Shown piece by piece: positions 8,716 to 14,700 of a stretch of 14,700 bases of DNA. Source of the DNA: a virus (lineage: Duplodnaviria > Heunggongvirae > Uroviricota > Caudoviricetes); the IMG/VR virus record IMGVR_UViG_2529293147_000010. One strand, 5' to 3'. The position numbers and the translations under genes are program-made. Positions within the stretch are counted from its first letter, which is position 1. The number at the start of each line of letters is the position of its first letter. Below the pieces are notes generated by a model that saw only the letters and a program-made list of their open reading frames with translations, ran no database searches and was not told the DNA's origin.

Positions 8716-9204
8716 ATGTTGGATGTATTTACTCCATTGTTGAAACTTTTTGCTAAGGAGCCACTCGAAAGACTTATGTATACGATTATCATTTTTGGTC
8801 TCACTCTCTGGCTGATACCGAAAGAGTTTACTGTCGCATTCAACGCTTATACTGAAATACCTTGGCTCTTTCAGATTATCGTTTTTGCCTTTTCTTTCGT
8901 GGTCGCCATTTCCTTCTCAAGATTGCGAGCACATATTCAAAAGCATTATTCATTACTACCAGAGCAACGAGTATTGCTTCGTTTATCTGAGAAAGAAATC
9001 GCTGTATTTAAAGATTTCCTTAAAACAGGAAATCTTATTATCACTTCTCCTTGCCGTAACCCGGTTATGAAAAAATTAGAACGGAAGGGCATCATTCAAC
9101 ATCAGAGTGATAGCGCAAACTGTTCTTATTATCTCGTCACCGAAAAATACTCCCATTTTATGAAGTTATTCTGGAACAGCAGGAGTAGACGTTTTAATCG
9201 TTAG
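8716..9204 (+). CDS. sieB: SieB superinfection exclusion protein B (membrane protein)
   Basis: 162 aa from the ATG at 8716 (MLDVFTPLLKLFAKEPLERLMYTIIIFGLTLWLIP...), with two hydrophobic helices. An in-frame ATG at 8593 would add 41 aa but has no convincing SD. Confidence 0.85.
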   Translation: MLDVFTPLLKLFAKEPLERLMYTIIIFGLTLWLIPKEFTVAFNAYTEIPWLFQIIVFAFSFVVAISFSRLRAHIQKHYSLLPEQRVLLRLSEKEIAVFKDFLKTGNLIITSPCRNPVMKKLERKGIIQHQSDSANCSYYLVTEKYSHFMKLFWNSRSRRFNR

Positions 9205-9356
9205 CTTACTGTGTGCTTCTTCAACCATCGGCGCGCACCAGTTTCGGTTTTAAATGTTTTGCTTTTGGTATACGTCATGGCAGTGAACGTTCCATCCTGG
9301 TTGGGGAACACGCCGCACACCAGGGATTCGTTGTTGCCGAGGTCGATTTTTTGCAT
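9201..9356 (-). CDS. ydaF: YdaF small Rac protein, function unknown
   Basis: Not in the ORF track (51 aa). Hand translation: MQKIDLGNNESLVCGVFPNQDGTFTAMTYTKSKTFKPKTGARRWLKKHTVS. Its stop overlaps the sieB stop on the opposite strand. Confidence 0.7.
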   Translation of the reverse strand: MQKIDLGNNESLVCGVFPNQDGTFTAMTYTKSKTFKTETGARRWLKKHTVS

Positions 9357-9366
9357 TTTGCGAATC

Positions 9367-9501
9367 TCACATCTTGTTGCTACGTATAGCGACTTCTGCC
9401 TGCCAGAGATCCCAGTCGTTGCTGCGTAAAGCCTGCACAGCCTGGTTGTAAGTGATACCGCAACAATCCATCAAATACTGAACTACTTCGTAATGCACCA
9501 T
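9367..9501 (-). CDS. ydaG: YdaG small Rac protein, function unknown; first gene of the leftward operon
   Basis: Not in the ORF track (44 aa). Hand translation: MVHYEVVQYLMDCCGITYNQAVQALRSNDWDLWQAEVAIRSNKM. Strong SD AAGGGGAGAG upstream of the ATG at 9501. Confidence 0.7.
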   Translation of the reverse strand: MVHYEVVQYLMDCCGITYNQAVQALRSNDWDLWQAEVAIRSNKM

Positions 9502-9670
9502 CTTATCTCTCCCCTTAACGCCGGGTGGCGGAACTAACTACTGCACTGCAAAATTTGAATCCCGCCGTCATGTTCATACGCCTCGGGCTGGCTACTTAAC
9601 CCCTTACCACTGCCTGGTAACTCGAAGTATTGCCCGGCGTTCTGTGGGGCGGGGGGGGTGGTATGCTGGA

Positions 9671-9716
9671 ACTATAGGTAATGCCTAATTGATTGTCAAT
9701 AGGCTATGCCTAATGT
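9671..9716 (-). promoter_or_regulatory. Leftward early promoter (pL analogue) with embedded repressor operator sites
   Basis: On the minus strand: TTGACA (9699-9694), 17-nt spacer, TATAGT (9676-9671). The operator half-site TTAGGC occurs upstream of -35 and inside the spacer. The 24-nt block CATTAGGCATAGCCTATTGACAAT is near-identical to the block in the racR-ydaS region. Confidence 0.55.
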
Positions 9717-9809
9717 TTTGAGCGTAACCTAATAGGTGATGGCGACAGCAGAAAGTGATGGGGGGGTTAAATAACGGAATCCAGGAGTTTTCCGTCAGAC
9801 CATATAAGT

Positions 9810-10286
9810 TTAAGTTCCAGTTTTTGTGATGTTCTGGCTTTTCCGTTCAGATTCTAGAGCTTTCAGATACTTACCCACTTTCATTTCCATCGCTGCTATA
9901 TAGGCGCGAACATCGTGGTCAACCCAATCTGGTTCTGTAGCATTTCCAGATAACAGGAAAGCTACAATCGCTCTTATTTCATCAGAGGCTGCTTGATAAA
10001 GGTTGTTTATATCTAAAATTTCACTTTTTGTATCTGAATTGGTGGGGGTTGGTATGGGGTATTCGTTAAGCCCCCAATGCTCTGGACCAACAACATCAGA
10101 AAAGAAACGCCATAATTCTGGAAGTTTATCTTTACTTATAGAGCCTTTCTTAATCCAGTCATAAATTGATGGTGGTTGGACTTTGAAGTGGCGTGCGACC
10201 TCCGCCTTTGATTTGACGGATCCCGATGCGATTTTTTTGTTAATGGCCTGCTCTATCGCTCGGCCTAAGTCTTTACCACTAAGCAT
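9810..10286 (-). CDS. racR: RacR, prophage immunity repressor (HTH DNA-binding protein)
   Basis: 158-aa ORF (MLSGKDLGRAIEQAINKKIASGSVKSKAEVARHFKVQPPSIYDWIKKG...) with an N-terminal HTH. AGGAGA SD about 10 nt upstream. Divergent from ydaS, in a cI/cro-like arrangement. Confidence 0.9.
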   Translation of the reverse strand: MLSGKDLGRAIEQAINKKIASGSVKSKAEVARHFKVQPPSIYDWIKKGSISKDKLPELWRFFSDVVGPEHWGLNEYPIPTPTNSDTKSEILDINNLYQAASDEIRAIVAFLLSGNATEPDWVDHDVRAYIAAMEMKVGKYLKALESERKSQNITKTGT

Positions 10287-10312
10287 TGCTTAATATTCTC
10301 CTATGCGCATTA

Positions 10313-10390
10313 CATTAGGCAATCCCTACCCTTACCGCATTAGGCACAGCCTATTGACAATTGCGTTAGGCGTCGCCTAATATTTCTGTG
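10313..10390 (+). promoter_or_regulatory. Rightward early promoter (pR analogue) plus operators in the racR-ydaS divergent region
   Basis: TTGACA (10354-10359), 18-nt spacer, TAATAT (10378-10383). A perfect 15-bp palindrome TTAGGCGTCGCCTAA (10366-10380) overlaps the spacer and -10. A 13/15 palindrome TTAGGCACAGCCTAT sits just upstream of -35, with a further TTAGGC half-site at 10315. GGAG SD 9 nt before the ydaS ATG. Confidence 0.6.
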
Positions 10391-10409
10391 TGTTTTTGGA
10401 GTTCATTCG

Positions 10410-10706
10410 ATGAAAAAAGAGAACTATTCATTCAAGCAAGCTTGTGCTGTTGTCGGTGGGCAATCAGCAATGGCTAGGCTTTTAGGTGTATCACCTCCAA
10501 GCGTAAATCAATGGATCAAAGGGGTACGTCAATTGCCTGCCGAGAGATGTCCAGCAATTGAACGTGCAACAAGAGGTGAGGTTCTGTGCGAAGAACTTCG
10601 TCCTGATATTGACTGGTCATATTTACGACGTTCGGCATGTTGTTCGCAGAATATGTCAGTGAAGCAACTAAATGACAGTAACAAATCCTCATTTGATCAT
10701 ACCTGA
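10410..10706 (+). CDS. ydaS: YdaS, Cro-like HTH regulator (toxic when derepressed, by published reports)
   Basis: 98-aa ORF with an HTH segment (QSAMARLLGVSPPSVNQWIKG); first gene downstream of the pR-like promoter. Confidence 0.9.
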   Translation: MKKENYSFKQACAVVGGQSAMARLLGVSPPSVNQWIKGVRQLPAERCPAIERATRGEVLCEELRPDIDWSYLRRSACCSQNMSVKQLNDSNKSSFDHT

Positions 10707-10728
10707 AACATCAAGAGGCAAATGATTC

Positions 10729-11151
10729 ATGAAAATCAAGCATGAGCACATCGAATCAGTGTTGTTAGCCCTGGCTGCTGAAAAAGGGCAGGCATGGGTA
10801 GCCAATGCCATTACTGAAGAATATCTGCGCCAGGGGGGCGGCGAATTGCCCCTGGTACCAGGCAAGGACTGGAACAATCAGCAGAATATCTATCACCGTT
10901 GGTTGAAAGGTGAAACGAAAGCGCAAAGGGAAAAAATTCAGAAACTGATCCCTGCGGTTCTGGCAATCCTTCCGCGCGAGCTGCGTCACCGACTCTGCAT
11001 CTTCGATACCCTGGAACGCCGTGCATTACTGGCGGCGCAGGAAGCGTTAAGTACGGCAATTGATGCGCATGATGATGCAGTCCAGGCCGTTTACCGGAAA
11101 GCGCATTTCAGCGGCGGCGGGTCTTCCGACGATTCTGTCATTGTTCATTAA
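10729..11151 (+). CDS. ydaT: YdaT (cII-like regulator / toxic partner of YdaS, by published reports)
   Basis: 140-aa ORF (MKIKHEHIESVLLALAAEKGQAWVANAITEEYLRQ...), AAGAGG SD about 10 nt upstream; sits in the cII-equivalent position. Confidence 0.9.
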   Translation: MKIKHEHIESVLLALAAEKGQAWVANAITEEYLRQGGGELPLVPGKDWNNQQNIYHRWLKGETKAQREKIQKLIPAVLAILPRELRHRLCIFDTLERRALLAAQEALSTAIDAHDDAVQAVYRKAHFSGGGSSDDSVIVH

Positions 11152-11163
11152 GCAAAAGTTTCC

Positions 11164-12021
11164 ATGCTGTTTGTGCTTATTCTAAGCAACCGGGCAGCAT
11201 CATACGGGGCAATTATGGCCGCATTACCATACATGCAACTGTACATAGCTGATTACCTGGCTGACACCATGCATTTGTCAGCAGAGGAGCATGGTGCGTA
11301 TTTGTTGCTGATGTTCAATTACTGGCAAACAGGAAAGCCAATACCTAAAAACAGGCTGGCAAAAATTGCCCGTCTGACTAACGAGCGATGGGCTGATGTT
11401 GAACCATCCTTGCAGGAGTTTTTTTGCGATAACGGCGAGGAATGGGTGCATCTTCGGATTGAGGAAGATCTGGCATCAGTCAGGGAAAAATTAACCAAAA
11501 AATCAGCCGCAGGAAAAGCATCTGTTCAGGCCAGAAGAAGCAGAAAGGAAGCAGATGTTCAAACAAAACAAGAGAGAAATTTAACAGGTGTTCAAACAGA
11601 TGTTGAAGTGGTGTTTGAACATGATGTCAACACAAAGGCAACTAATAAAGATACAGATAAAGATCTAAAAAAAGATCCCCCCCTAAATCCCCCCCGGGGG
11701 AATCGAGGTGTCAAAAAGTTTGACCCTCTGGATATTGCTTTGCCGAACTGGATTTCTGTCTCGCTTTGGCGTGAGTGGGTTGAATTTCGCCAGGCATTGC
11801 GTAAACCGATTCGAACGGAGCAGGGTGCTAACGGGGCGATACGGGAGCTGGAAAAATTCCGCCAGCAGGGTTTTTCACCTGAGCAGGTGATTCGACACAG
11901 CATCGCCAATGAATACCAGGGCTTGTTCGCGCCAAAAGGTGTTCGACCTGAGACGTTACTCCGACAGGTTAACACCGTCTCGTTACCGGATAGTGCGATC
12001 CCGCCAGGCTTCAGGGGGTAA
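11164..12021 (+). CDS. ydaU: YdaU, replication-module protein (DUF1376-type, O-like position)
   Basis: 285-aa ORF directly upstream of the DnaC-like loader. The first ATG lacks a clear SD; a downstream ATG at about 11215 is an alternative start. Confidence 0.85.
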   Translation: MLFVLILSNRAASYGAIMAALPYMQLYIADYLADTMHLSAEEHGAYLLLMFNYWQTGKPIPKNRLAKIARLTNERWADVEPSLQEFFCDNGEEWVHLRIEEDLASVREKLTKKSAAGKASVQARRSRKEADVQTKQERNLTGVQTDVEVVFEHDVNTKATNKDTDKDLKKDPPLNPPRGNRGVKKFDPLDIALPNWISVSLWREWVEFRQALRKPIRTEQGANGAIRELEKFRQQGFSPEQVIRHSIANEYQGLFAPKGVRPETLLRQVNTVSLPDSAIPPGFRG

Positions 12022-12027
12022 CTGACC

Positions 12028-12774
12028 ATGAAAAATATTGCGGCAGGCGGCATTCTTGAACGTATCCGTAGACTGGCCCCGCCACATGTAACCGCCCCAT
12101 TCAAAACGGTAGCGGAGTGGCGCGAGTGGCAACTTTCCGAAGGCCAGAAACGTTGTGAGGAGATCAACCGTCAGAATCGTCAGTTGCGGGTGGAAAAAAT
12201 TCTGAATCGCTCTGGCATCCAGCCATTGCACCGCAAATGCTCGTTTTCGAATTACCAGGTGCAGAACGAAGGGCAGCGATACGCGTTGAGTCAGGCGAAA
12301 TCCATCGCTGATGAACTGATGACCGGGTGTACAAATTTTGCGTTCAGCGGAAAACCTGGTACTGGGAAGAACCACTTAGCGGCAGCTATCGGGAATCACC
12401 TGCTGAAAGACGGTCAGACAGTGATTGTGGTTACCGTGGCTGATGTTATGAGTGCCCTGCACGCCAGCTATGACGATGGGCAGTCAGGCGAAAAATTTTT
12501 GCGGGAACTGTGCGAAGTGGATCTGCTGGTTCTTGATGAAATTGGCATTCAGCGCGAGACGAAAAACGAGCAGGTGGTACTGCACCAGATTGTTGATCGC
12601 CGGACAGCGTCGATGCGCAGCGTGGGGATGCTGACAAACCTGAACTATGAGGCCATGAAAACATTGCTCGGCGAGCGGATTATGGATCGCATGACCATGA
12701 ACGGCGGGCGATGGGTGAATTTTAACTGGGAGAGCTGGCGTCCGAATGTCGTCCAGCCAGGAATTGCGAAGTAA
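12028..12774 (+). CDS. ydaV: YdaV, DnaC/IstB-like AAA+ helicase loader (replication protein P analogue)
   Basis: 248-aa ORF with Walker [14 protein letters not shown] and Walker [19 protein letters not shown] about 9 nt upstream. Confidence 0.9.
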   Translation: MKNIAAGGILERIRRLAPPHVTAPFKTVAEWREWQLSEGQKRCEEINRQNRQLRVEKILNRSGIQPLHRKCSFSNYQVQNEGQRYALSQAKSIADELMTGCTNFAFSGKPGTGKNHLAAAIGNHLLKDGQTVIVVTVADVMSALHASYDDGQSGEKFLRELCEVDLLVLDEIGIQRETKNEQVVLHQIVDRRTASMRSVGMLTNLNYEAMKTLLGERIMDRMTMNGGRWVNFNWESWRPNVVQPGIAK

Positions 12775-12796
12775 TTTTTACCGGGAGAAAAATTTA

Positions 12797-13558
12797 ATGG
12801 AGACTGTTTTTGACGCACTGAAAGCAATGGGAAAAGCCACATCCATAGAACTTGCTGCGCGACTTGATATCAGTCGTGAAGAAGTGCTGAACGAACTATG
12901 GGAACTGAAAAAGGCTGGTTTTGTTGATAAAAGCGCGTACACCTGGCGTGTGGCTGATAACAACGTTCAGCAGGAACAGCCAGCGCAGGCAGAACTGCCG
13001 GAAGAAACCACCACAGCAACAGTAGCGAAAATCTCAGAGTGCGATTTAACCGCGACGATTGAACAACGCGGACCACAAACGGCTGATGAGTTGGCTACAT
13101 TGTTCGGTACCACATCACGCAAAGTGGCTTCAACGCTGGCAATGGCTATCAGCAAAGGTCGTCTGATTCGCATTAATCAGAACGGTAAATTTCGTTACTG
13201 CATACCGGGTGATAATTTACCAGCAGAGCCGAAAGTTGAATCGGTAGCGGAAACCGATGGTAAAGCCTTTCCTCAGCCAGCAGGTGTTGCGTTACCAGTA
13301 CAGGAAGCTGCAACACAGGAAGATATTAAAACAGAAACTGTGGCTGATATTGTGCAGTCGTTGCCATCGTTTACTGAAACGCGAGCGGATGACCTGGTTT
13401 TACCATCGCTGCATATGGCAAACCGCGAATTGCGTCGGGCGAAAAGTCATGTCCAGAAGTGGGAGCGAGTCTGCGCCGCGCTGCGGGAGCTGAACAAGCA
13501 CCGGGATATTGTTCGACAGATTACGGATTCTTCCCGCCGTATTGTATCGGAAAAGTGA
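12797..13558 (+). CDS. ydaW: YdaW-like protein, apparently full-length; contains two winged-helix-like segments
   Basis: 253 aa from the ATG at 12797 ([52 protein letters not shown]...), GGGAG SD 9 nt upstream. The track's 270-aa version starts inside ydaV. The ydaW gene symbol is by position after ydaV and is not verified. Confidence 0.78.
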   Translation: METVFDALKAMGKATSIELAARLDISREEVLNELWELKKAGFVDKSAYTWRVADNNVQQEQPAQAELPEETTTATVAKISECDLTATIEQRGPQTADELATLFGTTSRKVASTLAMAISKGRLIRINQNGKFRYCIPGDNLPAEPKVESVAETDGKAFPQPAGVALPVQEAATQEDIKTETVADIVQSLPSFTETRADDLVLPSLHMANRELRRAKSHVQKWERVCAALRELNKHRDIVRQITDSSRRIVSEK

Positions 13559-13573
13559 TTGCCGGAGGCGCTT

Positions 13574-13903
13574 ATGGCAAAAGTATTTACACAAGAAGGG
13601 CGGGAAAAAATTAAAGGGCAGGTTGTTGAACTCGTGCGCCAGAGTGGGCGCGAGACGTTACGACAACTGGAAGCTAAGACAGGTGCGACAAGATATCTGA
13701 TGAACCTTCTTGCCAGAGAATTGGTTGCGAGCGGTGATGTATACAACTCTGGTTACGGGTTATTTCCCTCAGAACAGGTTCGTAAAGACTGGCAAAACGC
13801 CCGCAAAAAACTATCAAGGGCAAAGGTGAAGAAACCGGTTGTGGTTGATCCTGACCTTATCTGGTCATTACCTGACGGAGAAATCCGTCGCCTTAGTCTT
13901 TGA
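13574..13903 (+). CDS. Hypothetical 109-aa protein with a winged-helix-like segment; no counterpart I recognise in K-12 Rac
   Basis: ATG at 13574 with GGAGG SD 5 nt upstream (MAKVFTQEGREKIKGQVVELVRQSGRETLRQLEAKTGATRYLMNLLARELVASGDVY...). Translationally close-coupled to the ydaW-like gene. Confidence 0.65.
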   Translation: MAKVFTQEGREKIKGQVVELVRQSGRETLRQLEAKTGATRYLMNLLARELVASGDVYNSGYGLFPSEQVRKDWQNARKKLSRAKVKKPVVVDPDLIWSLPDGEIRRLSL

Positions 13904-13938
13904 TAATAGGTTTATAATGTTGAAAAAGAGTCTAATAG

Positions 13939-13969
13939 TTGACATTGTATGAAATATGATTGTTATATA
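13939..13969 (+). promoter_or_regulatory. Strong sigma70-like promoter in an AT-rich island
   Basis: TTGACA at 13939-13944; TG-extended TATATA at 13961-13969 (spacer about 19 nt). A perfect TATAAT also at 13913-13918. AAGG SD precedes the ATG at 14005. Confidence 0.4.
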
Positions 13970-14004
13970 AAATGATTTTTTTGGATACTGTTTAAGGTAA
14001 ACAA

Positions 14005-14157
14005 ATGAAACCAGAATACTTAAGAAAAATAGAATCATTGCAACGTGAGGTTGATGATTTCCATCCAGTGCTAAGAGCGCTTCTACCACGTTTGCCGACT
14101 GTTACACATGTTGAATATAAGCAAGGACCATCAGAAAAAGGTGCTGATTTTGGGTGA
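14005..14157 (+). pseudogene. AT-rich orphan ORF cut off by IS1: 50 codons of an unknown gene, with the stop codon supplied by the IS1 terminal inverted repeat
   Basis: MKPEYLRKIESLQREVDDFHPVLRALLPRLPTVTHVEYKQGPSEKGADFG, then TGA lying inside the IS1 end sequence GGTGATGCTGCC. Has its own promoter and SD. I do not recognise the product. Confidence 0.4.
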
Positions 14158-14207
14158 TGCTGCCAACTTACTGATTTAGTGTATGATGGTGTTTTTGAGG
14201 TGCTCCA

Positions 14208-14483
14208 GTGGCTTCTGTTTCTATCAGCTGTCCCTCCTGTTCAGCTACTGACGGGGTGGTGCGTAACGGCAAAAGCACTGCCGGACATCAGCGCTATCTC
14301 TGCTCTCACTGCCGTAAAACATGGCAACTGCAGTTCACTTACACCGCTTCTCAACCCGGTACGCACCAGAAAATTATTGATATGGCCATGAATGGCGTTG
14401 GATGCCGGGCAACTGCACGCATTATGGGCGTTAGCCTCAACACGATTTTACGTCACTTAAAAAACTCAGGCCGCAGTCGGTAA
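14208..14483 (+). CDS. insA: IS1 InsA (transposition inhibitor / N-terminal part of the InsAB' transposase)
   Basis: 91 aa with a GTG start ([40 protein letters not shown]...), zinc-finger CxxC pairs and an HTH. Confidence 0.9.
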   Translation: MASVSISCPSCSATDGVVRNGKSTAGHQRYLCSHCRKTWQLQFTYTASQPGTHQKIIDMAMNGVGCRATARIMGVSLNTILRHLKNSGRSR

Positions 14484-14700
14484 CCTCGCGCATACAGCCG
14501 GGCAGTGACGTCATCGTCTGCGCGGAAATGGACGAACAGTGGGGCTATGTCGGGGCTAAATCGCGCCAGCGCTGGCTGTTTTACGCGTATGACAGTCTCC
14601 GGAAGACGGTTGTTGCGCACGTATTCGGTGAACGCACTATGGCGACGCTGGGGCGTCTTATGAGCCTGCTGTCACCCTTTGACGTGGTGATATGGATGAC
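14465..14700 (+). CDS. insB: IS1 InsB' reading frame (-1 relative to insA), 5' part only; expressed as the InsAB' fusion by programmed -1 frameshift
   Basis: A6C slippery motif at 14459-14465 inside TTAAAAAACTC. The downstream -1 frame translates to [37 protein letters not shown]...DVVIWM, open to the window end. Confidence 0.8.

Larger units (their letters stand above)
14153..14700 (+). mobile_element. IS1 insertion sequence, left end and about 548 bp; runs off the window
   Basis: Terminal inverted repeat GGTGATGCTGCCAACTTACTGAT at 14153-14175, followed by insA and the insB frame. Matches the IS1 sequence as I recall it. Start coordinate is uncertain by 1 nt because of the GGG run. Confidence 0.9.

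Noticed and set aside
11592-12375. Minus-strand ORFs of 191 aa and 130 aa overlapping ydaU and ydaV
   Set aside because: Antisense to two well-supported, close-coupled replication genes; no SD; Ser/Arg/Cys-rich composition typical of a shadow frame.
12746-12796. Longer 270-aa version of the ydaW-like ORF from the track
   Set aside because: The extra 17 codons lie inside the ydaV 3' end and lack an SD. The ATG at 12797 has a GGGAG SD at proper spacing.
13868-14089. 73-aa minus-strand ORF across the AT-rich island
   Set aside because: Antisense to the promoter and the start of the truncated orphan ORF; low-complexity Ile/Phe/Leu-rich translation from AT-rich DNA; no SD.

Overview
This window is the left (early) arm of a Rac-type lambdoid prophage of Escherichia coli, identified from protein sequences and gene lengths recalled from memory, not from any database search. 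Reading left to right: an AT-rich membrane GGDEF diguanylate cyclase gene (125-1456, minus strand), then a prophage boundary region (1700-2045) with a terminator hairpin and tandem GGGGCAAAA repeats that look like integrase arm-type sites. The minus-strand early-left operon follows: intR, xis (ydaQ), rcbA (ydaC), ralR, recT, recE, racC, ydaE, kilR. Then come sieB (plus strand), ydaF and ydaG, the immunity repressor racR flanked by two near-identical promoter/operator modules, and the rightward operon ydaS, ydaT, ydaU, ydaV, an apparently full-length ydaW-like gene and a 109-aa gene. The window ends with an AT-rich orphan ORF carrying its own strong promoter, cut off by an IS1 element (14153 to window end). 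Gene order and spacing match K-12 Rac from intR through ydaV, but both flanks differ from what I recall of K-12 (ttcA next to intR; no IS1). No tRNA, rRNA or CRISPR array is visible. The most interesting candidates for something undescribed are the IS1-truncated AT-rich moron at the replication/nin junction, the GGDEF gene sitting against attL, and the racR operator architecture; the rest is mostly known Rac biology.
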